A stretch of 64,000 nt of DNA from Eledone cirrhosa (lineage: Eukaryota): contig OZ024750.1 in assembly GCA_964016885.1 (NCBI GenBank), positions 8,618,001 to 8,682,000 on the forward strand. Direction: 5' to 3'. This document shows, piece after piece, positions 25,304 through 39,219 of the stretch. A program made the translations under genes and the position numbers. The notes below the pieces were generated by a model. The model was not told where the DNA came from, ran no database searches, and was given only the letters and a program-made list of their open reading frames with translations. The first letter of the stretch is position 1, and the number at the start of each line of letters is the position of its first letter.

Positions 25304-25966
25304 CATGTGAAAGCATGTAGATGTATGGTTGGTACGCCTGCAAACACACATGCAAAAATATAAAAATATATTTATGTGTGCACATACACATATGTGTGCG
25401 TGTGTGTTTGCACACAACTGATAAATATGTATTTATCTATATATCTGTTAAAATGAGACTTTATTTATTTATGCAGTTGAAACTGGAAAAATAATTACCT
25501 TTTACTCGTGATTTTCAAAAGAAAATCTTAAAAAGATAAGAGACGAAAAATAAAATGTTGAAGCTGCCCATTTTAAATCCCACAGGACTACTATAATAAA
25601 CGTCACTAAATAGAAAAGTTTCGAATAAAAAATCTTAAGAAAACTTTAAAATCTGATTTTCTATTTAAATTGCCGCTAAATAAATAGCAGCCAAAACGCT
25701 AATTAAAAAAAACAAACTATCTGTTGTCATATAACTATTAACTATTAAAAGCATTTTCAAAAGAATTTCTGTACAAATGTGTCAATATTATTTTCAACGT
25801 AAAATCCTAATGACGATGTGAATATCCAACATATTAAAAGTCTGGTCAGCTTCTAGTCAAGTATGTTATAATCGGGATGTTTACATCACCGATGACACAT
25901 GTCACATTTACTCTTGAGAGGATTTAATTTCAAGCTTAATTTGCAAGCATGCATGGTGCATAGTCT

Positions 25967-26250
25967 CGTAGCTCCTGGGGAGGTTGTAGGGGACCGTACT
26001 GACATACGCCAATTCTAGGGCATTTCAAATCCTGGCGGAGCCCGTCTCCTACCCAGGTCTGAATACAGATTTATTCCAGAGGATGACAGACAGGGAGAGA
26101 GAAGAATCGATCTCAGTACTAGACTGGTACTTTTTTACCGACCTTGAATGGGTGACAGACAAAGTTTACATCGGCGAGACTCGAACTCAGAATGCAGAAA
26201 CGGCTACGGCCAAGCAGCCTATCTGACGTTGTAACGGCTCTCCAGTTTCT
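25967..26250 (-). mobile_element. SINE A-related long-tail subfamily
   Basis: Same head and core as family A, with a distinct ~150-bp tail shared with 57640 and 58560. Confidence 0.75.
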
Positions 26251-26760
26251 TCTATATAATTAATGAATATCATGATAGCATCTTAGCATTGCTTTTTGGT
26301 TTGATATGTTATTGCTAAGTATTTTTATTTTCATAGACAGTTTAATCTTAATCTTAAACAAATAGTAAATGTGAACTAACTAGGGGCTTCTAGACAGTCG
26401 ATTTTCTGGCTAGAAATAACAAACTTCTATCACAAATTTCTCTCTATTGTAACAAAAATTGAAAGACACAAACTATGAAATCCTCTTCAGAAAATCAATA
26501 ATATAAAGAAGACTCTTGGAATGTTTTGGATAGTAAATATGCCCGATTAGTCAATGTGGATAAACAATAACGACACCAACTATAACACCAAGAACAAAGA
26601 CGACGAAGATAACATTACCAGCACCAACTATAACGTAGACAACCCAGACGACAACGACAACAACAGCAATAACAACAAAGGGCAACAAGGATTTTTGAAA
26701 TGATATAATTCTAAATTTAACAAATGCTTCCCTCTAGACATATTTCTTGGTTTGTCAAGC

Positions 26761-26829
26761 GGTGGTGGTGCTGCTGGTGGTGCTGGTGCTGCTGCTGGCG
26801 GTGGTGGTGGTGCTGGTGGTGGTGGTGCC
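26761..26829. repeat. (GGT/GCT)n trinucleotide repeat
   Basis: Direct reading. No splice or ORF context. Confidence 0.85.
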
Positions 26830-27399
26830 TCTGCAACTAGAATAATTCAGGGATACGTTCTGTATGATAGAACATCGGCATATTTAATGCCTGCATTATA
26901 AAAATAAAAAAAAGTACAGTAGAATAAGATATCGTGGGGAAACATCCTAATGATTGATTGATATTGTCATGTCTGGAGTTGTTTCCATATTTAAACAAAT
27001 AATATTAGTCGTAGACAAATTTTGTTTTCGTGTTTCAATGTTTATTTTATTTTAGGTTAGCTTTTCTATGTTCAATTCATAATATAGTCGAGACACCCTG
27101 CTTATCATATGAGCATACTTATCATATAGACGCTATCTCAGTATTATTTTATTTCTATCAATTTTTAGTAACTAATGTTTACTCTGTTCTGAAGTTGATT
27201 CAGAAGAGTTTATTTCACGGTAGTAAGTTGTCACTATACCTGCATAGAAACTTTATATAAGTTTCTTTTATTATCCACCCAGCACTATCTCTTTACCATC
27301 CTGAACAATCTACATTAGTTTTTTATCTATTTGGGGTAATCTGCACTTAGCTTTGTTCACAGAGCTTAATATCTACAAATATCTGCCAAGATGCTTGAT

Positions 27400-27848
27400 G
27401 TTGGTTGAGGTGCGGAGGAGGTTTGAAAGATCAGTTTACGTGTAAAATGTGAGTGACTGCCTCCTAGTTTGGATTATGAAGATCCAAGTTATCAAATTGA
27501 TAGGCGGGAGAGATGTCTTTGGGTTTATTGATTTGTGGAATCTCTAATTACTGAGAACTATGTCGCTGTCTGAGAGTAGAGCTTTTCCTCTGGAATATTG
27601 TGGATAGTGTTAGTGAAGTTACTGGACACTTGGTCTAAAATGTTTGTGCTATCTTGTTGGTGTGAGCACAAGTTGGGACTGGGATACCTCATCCATAAAG
27701 TCGAGGGTTTATAGCGGATGGCTTGACACTTTCTGGCATTAAACAGCATGTTGTGATCAGTCTAATTGTATATGGCGTAGAAATCTTGTAAGAGAGTACA
27801 GGCAGTCGGATTCTTGATAGCCTGTGACACTTTTGTTTCATCAGCGTA
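27400..27848 (-). mobile_element. CR1/L2-like LINE RT fragment
   Basis: YADETKVSQAIKNPTACTLLQDFYAIYN*TDHNMLFNARKCQAIRY has a degenerate YADD plus the M.FN..KC motif, followed later by KLYS. Confidence 0.8.
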
Positions 27849-28972
27849 CCACCGTTTCACAGATATGCTTCTTTTACTTGTTTGTGTTTTTTTTATATCA
27901 GTACTGCGATGGCTTCTACCGTTCAGGATAACCAAACTACGCCACTTCCATTCAGCTTATTTATATATTCGTCCCATCTCATTTCATGCTTCCCACATAT
28001 TTCTAGCATAAGAACTTTGCATTAACCACTTCATTCAATCATTTTTCTCCCTCTATTACGATCGTCTGAAATGAATTCACAGCACATTTATTTTCTTCCC
28101 CCGAACCCTCTAGTAGGAATATGTTTAAGATTAACTATATCTGCCTCAATCTCACCATTCCTCAAATGTCATTGGTGATCTCTTTGCTCCGATTAAATTA
28201 TAGAAAATATATTGTAGAATATTGCAATTTTCCTAGGGTCTATGACAAAGAGCTGTTTTCAGAAGCAATTTGCCAAGATTTACGTGATATAATCACTTAT
28301 GGAGATTACACTAGAGATGTTTCTCTCAAGCAGAAACCTACTAAAATGTGCAGCTTTCGAAATACAATTGCAACAAGTCAACACTTAAAATGGTGGATTC
28401 AGAGAATAGTCAGTAATATGACTGCAATCAAGCAATGCACTGGCCCAGCTTTCATTGCATCATCTAGTTGTAACTGAAGTGCTTCCTATGTGATTCTTGC
28501 ACATTGTATGGTCATAAGTTGGACGTAACCTAACCGGTCTCAGCTTTATTTATCTGATTGACATCTTGAGAAAGTGTCAAGTATCTAAGCGTTATGTTGA
28601 TCTGCATCTTGTGAATAAAGCTGGGTGGGTAGATGGAAGCCATTTGGGGACTCGTTAAATAAAGTACTCGGCATTCAAGAGTCAGCCTTGTCACACACTT
28701 TGTTACGCTGAATCCTTCTAGAAAGTGCGTATATATATTTTCAACAACAATAGAGGATCCAAAGAAGAAAGACTTCAATAGAAGCAACATCTCCCTAAAA
28801 TTATACTCAACCATCTTAAAATGAGGTCATACAAAAAAACAACATTCTTCTAGAAACGTCCCTATTTTGACATAATACAGAGGGGAATGACTGACACGTA
28901 ATTAGCCAAATAACATCATCATCCATAAAAGTGGGTGGAATATAATAGTTTCGATTTTTCTCTGATATATGT

Positions 28973-29065
28973 TTGTTTCTATATTTGGCACAAGGCCAAC
29001 AATTTGAAGGAGGAAGGGGACGTCGATTAAAACAACCCTAGTGCGTTTCTGGTACTTTATTTTAG
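28973..29065 (-). mobile_element. SINE family A tail (older undeleted variant)
   Basis: TTGTTTCTATATTTGGCACAAGGCCA...GTCGATTAAAACAACCC...CTGGTACTTTATTT. Confidence 0.7.
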
Positions 29066-29480
29066 AGTGATTAGCCGTATTTCTCGCGTGTACAGTTGCT
29101 GTGCAGCTCCATGTGGGCCATATTCAGGTTTGTGAGCTCTGTGAAGGATATGAAGGACCATACCTAACAGAATGTTTCACACATCTCACTCCTGATGGAT
29201 CTGAGCTAAAGCATATTTGACACTAGAGACCTGTATAAATAACTGAAACATCTTTCATGTCACTCACTAACGTCTTAAATATCAAAGGATACATTGAACT
29301 ATGTAGATCTAAATATATTACACACTAACAAAAATAACTTTATAGTCACTACTAGAATATCTTTCATCGTACGTTTTCTCTATCATGGGTGGTATAAAGC
29401 AAAACAATAAAACTACAGTGTGTAAGATTCGACCTATCTTCCTACATTTGATAAATATATACATATATATATTAATATAT

Positions 29481-29615
29481 TAGGCCCGAAAATAATGGAA
29501 TCAAATTCCCATTGTCGCTACCTCCGTCTTCCTCTCTCTCCCCATTTCTCACTATTATAAGCAAATTGGGGCTCACGCGATGGCAGCCCAGGCGGGCAGA
29601 ATAGAGAAGGCATTG
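29481..29615 (+). mobile_element. Tc1/mariner-like terminal fragment, same family as 60987
   Basis: AGGCCCGAAAATAATGGAATCAAATTCCCATTGTC...TATTATAAGCAAAT..CACGCG..CAGAAT.GAGAAG is shared with 60987-61110. Confidence 0.55.
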
Positions 29616-29892
29616 ATAAATTAAATGGCAAAATAAACTGGCATTGAAATCAAATACAACGTGACAGTTTCCGCTTTTAAATATATATAATGTTTCACTA
29701 AGTCGAAGTAATTTTCAATTGTATACTACATCAGTTTCCTATACTAGATTACACGTCAAGCAATTGTTACTGGACATGATTGATTAGATATGGATTTCGA
29801 GTTTATAACACGTAGCTCAGTACAGGTGTATGTAAGTCTTCCCAATTCGTTAGCGGCAAAAATTTATTATTGATAAAGTATGACCTCACATG

Positions 29893-30022
29893 CACAAGCG
29901 CGCGCACACAAGCGCACACTCACAAGCGCACACTCACAAGCGCTCACTCACAAGCGCTCACTCACAAGCGCTCACTCACAAGCGCACACTCACAAGCGCG
30001 CGCGCGCGTGCACACACACACA
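29893..30022. repeat. 12-bp tandem repeat (CACAAGCGCTCACT-type) plus (CG)/(CA) run
   Basis: Direct reading. Confidence 0.85.
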
Positions 30023-30438
30023 CTCTCTGTCTCTGTCTCTCTCTCAGACAGACAGTAAAAATAGAAATGAAGAACCTCATGAGCTGGATTTCGAGCACAC
30101 TATTGTGTGTTTTGTTTTTGTTATGATTGACTATCAGCCACAAGAGACAAATAAAAACATGTACAGAACTGAATGTGCGACTAGATCTCGCACATTCCGT
30201 ACGGCGGTCGTCTACGCTACCAGTTACATGAAAGCAGAGTGATAAATGTTCCCATTCTTTTCAACCTTACCTCTTCAGCCTGTATGAAGATAGACAGGAG
30301 GTGCGGAAATAATCCCACGACGAAACACGCGTAGTCGACAGATGAAAACGTTATGATTGTAATTTAATTTTGTATATCATAACTCGCGCCTCGGAGTGGT
30401 CTACCGAATTTGGATATAAATTTCATTTTACGAAATTC

Positions 30439-30483
<45 letters not shown>

Positions 30484-30820
30484 GTCTCTCTCTGTCTCTG
30501 TCCCCCCTCCCATCTCTCTCTCTCAGTCTCTCCTCCCATCTCTCTCCCTCTCCTCTCTCTCTCTCTCCACATACACATACATACATATCATTGCATTATA
30601 TCTATGTATGTATGTATATATCATTGCATTATATCTATGTATGTGTGTATATATGTATTTATGTATATATATATATATATCCAGTAGGCATGAAGGCCAG
30701 CCGAAATGGAATACGCACTCCGTTGGGATTTTACAAATTACTATGCCAACTGTTTTGTGCTCTTCCTGCTCTGTGACTCATGGACACTTCGTATCTATCT
30801 ATCTTTCCACTTCTCTCTCT

Positions 30821-30863
<43 letters not shown>

Positions 30864-31267
30864 ATTACATAAATGTGTATGGGTGTGTGCATATGTAAGT
30901 GTAAGCTATTGCAGAGATACCAGAAGAACAGAAAGAACTTGAGTTGTTCAAATTACTAATGGAAATTAGAAAAAGAAAAAAAAACTTTAATGGAATACTG
31001 GGAAATAGAAATACAAGATAACAACAATAACAAAAGAAATAACAACAAAAGGAACCAAAAAACACAAACTATGGTAGCAGTTTCGTTGAAAAAAGATGTT
31101 TCAAATACATTGAATACAAAGGCCTTTGAAAAAATATGTACACCAATATTATCACAATTAACTAGGTGAAGAAGGAGATAAAAAAATCAGCCACATCTCT
31201 CACTCTTTCTCTCTCACACACTCACACACACACTCACATATACGTATATACATTATATATATATTTA

Positions 31268-31457
31268 GGGCGGTGGATTGGCAGTATTGGGAGAGGGTCG
31301 GACGCCATGCTTTGACGTATAGAGTTACGGCCCTTGTCATTCTGAGTTCAAATCCCGCCGAGGTTAACTTTGCCTTTCATCCTTACGGGGTCGATAAAAT
31401 AAAATACCAGTAATGCACTGGGTAATTGCTGGCCTTGTGCCTAACGTAGAAACAATT
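31268..31457 (+). mobile_element. SINE family A, full length
   Basis: Complete head to tail, flanked by TA. Confidence 0.92.
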
Positions 31458-31784
31458 ATATATATATACAAACGCACACATATATTGTTTTATGTATAAT
31501 ATATTTACACATATATAAACACACACACACACATAGTTAAACAATAAAGTAGACAAACAGATGTAAAAAGTATTATTAGAATATAGTAATAAAGAAATAT
31601 CTCAACATATTGGACATGTGTTCTTCATGAGGAAAGAGCAAAGTTCGAGAGGGATGTGGTTTGGACAATACGAAGGTTGGAGAGAGAAAATAAATGAAAA
31701 CACATTTTTCTAAGATGGGTGAAGAGACCAGACAGTCGCTCCAGGTTGAGTCACTATTTGAGAGATCACAGCTCTGATACTATG

Positions 31785-32150
31785 GTTAGAATAGGATTCC
31801 ACCGAAGTAAATTTGGAATAACGTTACTAGATAAAGTGCGTGGCTCGGAGATCACAGATATGCTCCAGGTAAAGCCACTACTTCTCCGAAGTGAGAAATC
31901 ACAGCTCCGATATTACAGGCTTGTGGTTAGAATGTCTCCAGTCTCAGGAAATATTCACTGGACAGATTGACAAGCAGGAGACCCAGGGGTGGACTCCGAA
32001 CAAGATGGTTGGATATCATCTATGAGTTCGGCTGGTCTCGCTTGGGGATCTAGACGGATCACTTGGAGACGGTTACATTTCACAGGACCCACTAGAAATA
32101 GTGCTTGAGGACTTTACTCCCCAGTGGTAGAAGAGATGATGGGTGCGGAT
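31785..32150 (+). mobile_element. RTE-clade (Expander/Rex3-like) LINE 3' fragment
   Basis: GITLLDKVRGSEITDMLQVKPLLLRSEKSQLRYY...RRPRGGLRTRWLD...WSRLGI. Homologous to 55750-56075. Confidence 0.88.
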
Positions 32151-32466
32151 GGCAGGCAAGTAGTCAGGTGTGCCGAGATGGAGAGTCTGTTTCATTTGGA
32201 CAGTTACATCTATGCAGGTGGAGTGCAATTCGTGAGTGTGCATTGCATTTCATATTATTTGGCGCGCGTGTCATTCATAGAAGTGTGTGCAGTTGTTTGT
32301 GTTTTTGTGTAAGTTTATGTAGGTATGCCGGTGTAAGTGGGAGTGTCCATAGGTGTTATCAGAGCGCACGCGCCCGCATGCGTACCAAGTGCGAAGTGAG
32401 ACATAGTATCCATAACTTATGTACAAAGTATAAGATCGAATGGTGTCTAACGGTCTATTGTCCGTG

Positions 32467-32507
<41 letters not shown>

Positions 32508-32510
<3 letters not shown>

Positions 32511-32689
32511 CTACTTTTAGCACAAGGCCAGCAATTACCCAGTGCATTACTGGTACTTTATTTTATCGACCCTGTAAGGTTGAAAGGCAAAGTAAATCTC
32601 GGCGGGATTTGAACTCAGGATGGCAAGGGCCGTAACTCTATGCATCAAAGCATGGCGTCCGACCCTCTACCGATACGGCCAATCCACCG
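32508..32689 (-). mobile_element. SINE family A, inserted in (TA)n
   Basis: Near-consensus reverse copy. Confidence 0.92.
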
Positions 32690-32731
32690 TATATATATAT
32701 ATATAATGTGTGTGTGTATATATGTATATTG

Positions 32732-32792
<61 letters not shown>

Positions 32793-32806
32793 ATATATGT
32801 ATATTG

Positions 32807-32884
<78 letters not shown>

Positions 32885-33175
32885 GACAAATTTCCTGTGA
32901 AGCAAGAAGTCCCCAAAGAGACAAAGACAATGCTATAATTTTTCATACAATTCAAAAGTTATTAATAATAGCTAGAATATTTTAGAAATGTCATAACTTG
33001 ATTAGAACAAAACCCAACTTCATGTCTAGAACAAACACTAAACTATTAGGTAAGTGCTTCATGCCTGTTCCAGTTTCTATTATACCATAATAGAATTGCG
33101 TGTATTTTTTATATTTCTAATAATAATCATGATTATCGTTATTATTATTATATCTATCATCATTATTTATTATTA

Positions 33176-33502
33176 GTTGACTTTGCCTTTCATCCTTACG
33201 GGGTCGATAAAATAAAGTACCAGTAATGCACTGGGTAATTGCTGGCCTTGTGCCTAAAGTAGAAACAATTATTTATTATTAGTATTATCGTTATTATTAT
33301 TATTATCGTTATAAAGGTGGATTGGCAGTATCGGTAGAGGGTCTGACGCCATGCATTGACGCATAGTTATGGCCCTTGCCGTTCTGAGTTGAAATCCCGC
33401 CGAGGTTAACTTTGTCTTTCATCCTTACGGGGTCGATAAAATAAAGTACCAGTAATGAACTGGTTAATTGCTGGCCTTGGGCCTAAAGTAGAAACAATTA
33501 TT
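33176..33502 (+). mobile_element. Two tandem SINE family A copies (33176-33271 truncated, 33316-33502 full) in an (ATT)n tract
   Basis: Consensus matches separated by (ATT)-rich sequence. Confidence 0.9.
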
Positions 33503-33779
33503 ATTATGCATGTTTCTAAACAAAACGTTTCAAACCCTTTCTTTTGTATAACGTCACACCTTCATTTGCTTTGGATAAAAAAATGTCGTCTTGTTCATCT
33601 TACACACGCATTCCAAATTTTAACGTGTCATGTAATTCTATGAAAAGAATTATATTATCATACGAGGCTAATTTAAAAACAAACAAAAAAAATGATTTGT
33701 CATATATTTGTTGCGTGCTGACTATATTACCGTGTGTGTGTGTGTGCGTGCGCGCAACGTCGTTTTGTAGCTTAGTACT

Positions 33780-34890
33780 TTCTACTATATTGAAAGTGTT
33801 CTTCGATATATGTAGCACAAATTTCTGTATAATGTATATATTTGTAAGTCCTGGATGTATGTTTCTGTATGTTTCATCATCCACATTCAGGTTATTTCTC
33901 TATATCTTTATATTTAGATACTTTCGCAATTCTTTTGATAGGAATATCATCGTCTGTGATGACATACGTCAATTCGGAAACATTATTTGAAGACTTTCAC
34001 TACAATACCTGGTCGGTTAACTTTGGTCTACCTGTCGTCTGTCAGTTGAATTAGTAGCATCGGTAGATAGAGGTGTGTCCCTTTAGGTACTGAGTTCAAA
34101 TCCCGCCGAGGTTAACTTTGCCTTTCATCCTTACGGGGTCGATGAAATAAAGTACCAGTAATGTACTGGATAATTGCTGACTTTGTGCCAAAAGTAGAAA
34201 CAATTATATATTCCAGTATGTATGTTTTCATTTTGTCATTCCTTGACGACCTCTCCTGTATGCCTATGTCACCACTTTGTTGACATTTTGTTATTCGGCA
34301 TACATTTAAGTGTATATAAATCCCTGCCATCTGTGTTCTACTTCATTTTGTACTTATACGAACACTTCAATCACAACGTTTCATTGTAAATCATCATCAT
34401 CTTTCTTTCTATACAGCATTTTGATCATTGTGTGTGTAGGAATGTATTTGTCATCGTCAGCCTAACAATCCGGAGATACACACCGAATTTAAATCTTTAA
34501 GTCTTTTCACTATTTCTGTTGTCCCTTTGTCTTTTCATTCATTGTTTTCCTAACTATGGCAAGTCAGCTTCCACTTTGCACCTGCTTTATACTTATTTGA
34601 ATTAAAACTCCTTTACCAACTCTTTTGATTTTCCTCGTTGTTAATGGGAAAAATAATCTTTTCATATTTGATTTGGAATGTTGCATTCTAACTACAGGCA
34701 GTATTGTTCGTGGTTTTGTATTCCGTCTTGTTTTTCTAGTTATTTTTCGTGTCCAGTTGATTAATAACTCATATTTACAGACATATGTACCTTTTCATCA
34801 TATTTTCTGTTCTTCTGCAAACACGATATTATTGTAGTTAACACTTTATAGGTTGTAAGAAATCTTGTCGTTCTGGAAGTTTATTGTGTC
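33780..34890 (-). mobile_element. Decayed R4/Dong-like LINE 3' half (post-RT and RLE domains), interrupted by a SINE
   Basis: Colinear minus-strand motifs RMQHSKSNMKRLFFP (cf. MHHPKSD..RLYLP), GIYIHLNVC, NRPGIVVK..CFRIDV (cf. NRPDIVV..C.LIDV), KVSKYKDIE and PGLTNIYIIQK. Confidence 0.8.
34045..34207 (+). mobile_element. SINE family A nested in the R4/Dong-like remnant
   Basis: B-box, core and tail intact, with an internal deletion in the head. Confidence 0.88.
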
Positions 34891-35982
34891 ATTAAATTAT
34901 TTCTCTCTGCCACCGCTAGAACAAAAAGATGAGGCTAGTCCTCTAAAACACATGGATGGATAATTTTAAAATGTTTATTTTAAAGAAATATCGTCCCTAA
35001 AGGCTATGACTGTTTTGAAAGATATTTCAATGCGCGAAGTTTATTAGAAATTCGTCAGTGATTGATAATGTTTATTTTAAAAAGTCTATTAAGATATATT
35101 GTACTGCTATCCCCATTGTCAACATCATTATTTTTACAATAATATTTATAATATATTCAGTCAACGGTATATCTGGTTTCTTTTTTTTGACAAAATTGAT
35201 TTTCTTCTACAAAAGACCAGCTACATAAAACCTAGCCTATGCTTATAAATTATGTAACACACGGCGATAAGAGACAAAATCGACCTCCGATGGGATTTAA
35301 TTCAAAAATACAGGAGTTGTCTCTATAAATTAGTTTTGAACCTATTTGCACCTGATGTTATAAGTACTTTAATACTTAATTGTTTCTAGAATTAGTTTGG
35401 TGCTACCCAATTAAATTACTCTGCATGGGGTATGTTCTATCAATGGAATCTGACGCAAGTTATGTATAATAACCATGTGAATTAGAATGTTACAACTGCC
35501 AAATTTAAGTAGTTCAGCAGCTTATTGAAACATCATTTAAACAAGGAGTCATATAGATGGAATCGAACATATGACACTATATAAAACGCGTTTAAGAAAA
35601 TTCATTTCAACACCATGATGTAGTTTTCAGAAACAGATTACGCTGTTTGTTGTTATTTTTTGTGTCACCACTCGTATGAGTGAAGAGTTCCGTGGAATAA
35701 TATTAATGTTCTGTGCATATTCTAGACTATAAACACCATTACAGAACATGGATACTAATATACAAGCATAGGCTTTTATGATTTTTTTCCCTAACACTGT
35801 AATATTCTATTCTATTCGTGTAATATAATGCAGCATAGTCTTTAACGTGGTTTTATAATTATCAGGACTCCATTGTCTGTATTTATAGGGGGATTTATTG
35901 TAATATTAAATTGCCAATTGTAATTTAATTTCTCCCGAGAGAGAGAGAGAGATAGGCACACGCGCACGCACGCGTGTATACA

Positions 35983-36019
<37 letters not shown>

Positions 36020-36507
36020 CTTCCATATGGCACTAATAAACTGTAGTCAGTTTACCAGATCATAAATGTAGTATTGATTTTGTGGATAAGCTTTATATTC
36101 ATGATTGGTTGTAAATTTTGTGCATTGATACAGGCAAAGAAATATATTTAACATTGATAGAGGGTGTTAATCTCACAGACATCCTTATCAACTGTGATAT
36201 ATTATTCCTTTAATTATTTATTCTTTTACTGGTTTCACACAATACCTAGCGACCATGTTTATCGTTAGGTATTGTATGAAAGGGGAAACACTTTTAATAT
36301 CGGCCCCAGTACTTGTTGCTGAAGCTAGCTGATAAGACCCACACAAAGGTTTCACAAAGACAGGCGAGGTCGACACAGACGTCTGAAATCTTTGGTAAAT
36401 GGAATAATTTTCTTATGTTGTTTATTACATAACTATATATATATATTCCAATATGCAATAAGCATATTTAGTATAACAAAGCATTATTAATATATATATA
36501 TATATAT

Positions 36508-36672
36508 AGGGCGGTGGATTGGCAGTATCGGTAGAGGGTCGGACGCCATGCTTTGCAGCATAGAGTTACCTCCCTTTATGATCTGAGTTTCATCCTTACA
36601 GGGTCGATAAAATAAAGTACCAGTAATACACTGCGATAATTGCTGGCCTTGTGCCAAAAGGAGAAACAATTA
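36508..36672 (+). mobile_element. SINE family A with B-box deletion
   Basis: CTGAGTT is joined directly to TCATCCTTAC. Confidence 0.88.
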
Positions 36673-36796
36673 TATATAATATATATATATAATATATATA
36701 TAATATATATATATATATAATATATATATAATATATATAATATATATATATATATAATATATATATATATATTATATATATATATATATAATATAT

Positions 36797-36838
<42 letters not shown>

Positions 36839-37108
36839 AATATATATATATATATAATATATATATATATATATTATATATATATATATATAATATATAT
36901 ATATATATAATATATATATATATATATAATATATATATATATATAATATATATATATATATAATATATATATATATATTATATATATATATATATAATAT
37001 ATATATAATATATATATATATATTATATATATATATATATAATATATATATATATATAATATATATATATATATAATATATATATATATATTATATATAT
37101 ATATATAT

Positions 37109-37151
<43 letters not shown>

Positions 37152-38880
37152 ATATTTAATATATTATATAGATATATTATATATATATATATTTAATATA
37201 TTATATAGATATATTATATATATATATATTTAATATATTATATAGATAAATTATATATATTATATATATATATATTTAATATATTATATAGATAAATTAT
37301 ATATATTATATATATATATATTTAATATATTATATAGATAAATTATATATATTATATATATATATTTAATATATTATATAGATATATTTAATATATTATA
37401 TAGATATATTTAATATATTATATAGATATATATTATATATATATATATATTATATATATATATATTTAATATATTATATAGATATATATTATATATATAT
37501 ATTATATAGATATTATATAGATATATTATATAGATATATATTATATAGATATATTATAGATATATTATCTATATATATATTATATATATAATATATATTA
37601 TATATATATAATGTGTATATATATATATAATATATCTATATAATATATATATATGATATATATATAATATATATATATGATATATATATAATATATATAT
37701 ATGATATATCTATATAATATATATATATGATATATCTATATAATATATCTATATGATATATATATAATATATATATATGATATATCTATATAATATATCT
37801 ATATAATATATATATAATATATATATATGATATATCTATATAATATATATATATGATATATCTATATAATATATATATATAATATATCTATATAATATAT
37901 ATATATAATATATCTATATAATATATATATAATATATCTATATAATATATCTATAATATATTTATATAATATATATATATATATAATATATATATATAAT
38001 ATATTAAATATATATATATATATATAATATATATATATATATAATATATATATATATATAATATATATATATATAATATATATATAATATATCTATATAA
38101 TATATTAAATATATATATATATAATATATCTATATAATATATTAAATATATATATATATAATATATCTATATAATATATTAAATATATATAATATATTAA
38201 ATATATATATATAATATATTAAATATATATCTATATAATATATTAAATATATATCTATATAATATATTAAATATATATCTATATAATATATTAAATATAT
38301 ATCTATATAATATATATATAATATATTAAATATATATATATAATATATTAAATATATATCTATATAATATATTAAATATATATCTATATAATATATTAAA
38401 TATATATCTATATAATATATTAAATATATATCTATATAATATATTAAATATATATCTATATATAATATATTAAATATATATCTATATAATATATTAAATA
38501 TATATCTATATAATATATTAAATATATATCTATATAATATATTAAATATATATCTATATTAAATATATATCTATATAATATATTAAATATATATCTATAT
38601 AATATATTAAATATATATCTATATAATATATTAAATATATATCTATATAATATATTAAATATATATCTATATATAATATATTTAATATATATATACATAT
38701 ATATATAATATATATATATAATATATCTATATAATATATATAATATATATATATATATAATATATCTATATAATATATTTAATATATATATACATATATA
38801 TATAATATATATATACATATATATATAATATATATATACATATATATATAATATATATATATATATAATATATTATATAT
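36672..38880. repeat. 2.2-kb AT-only compound array with 22-24 bp higher-order units
   Basis: Units TATATTTAATATATTATATAGATA on the left and TATCTATATAATATATTAAATATA on the right. Confidence 0.9.
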
Positions 38881-39100
38881 CACAGAATGTGTGACGAAAG
38901 AACTTTGACAATATATAAACAACCATCTGGTTGTGGAACCAACCAACCGGAAATTTATAAATTCCTAAATTTATAAATTTATTATAATAAATGGAAGTGA
39001 AAGCAACTGGTGTGTGTGTTTCTTATTGGCAACATGACCCTCCCAAAGTATAACAATATCGGTTTCAACACACGTTTTCAGATAAAGAATCTTGCTAAAC
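38881..39100 (-). mobile_element. Short repeat embedded in AT arrays, same family as 53641-53782
   Basis: Reverse complement GTTTAGCAAGATTCTT...TGTTGAAACCGATATTGTTATA.TT.GGG...CATGTTGCCAA matches 53641 onward. Confidence 0.7.
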
Positions 39101-39219
39101 ATATATATATATATATATATATATAAAATCTATATATATAAGATATATATATATATATATATATAAGATATATATATATATATCTTATATATATATATAT
39201 AAAATATATATATATATAT

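Noticed and set aside
26761-26829. Poly-Gly/Ala coding-like run
   Set aside because: Simple trinucleotide repeat without a surrounding ORF or splice signals.
28121-28814. 118-aa and 94-aa ORFs of complex sequence
   Set aside because: No recognisable domain. The nearby ESVKYLSVML suggests a decayed LINE RT, but this is too weak to call.
30270-30345. CTGAAGA (minus) and GAAACACGCGTA (plus) hammerhead-like pieces
   Set aside because: The pieces are on different strands and no consistent stems I/II can be drawn.
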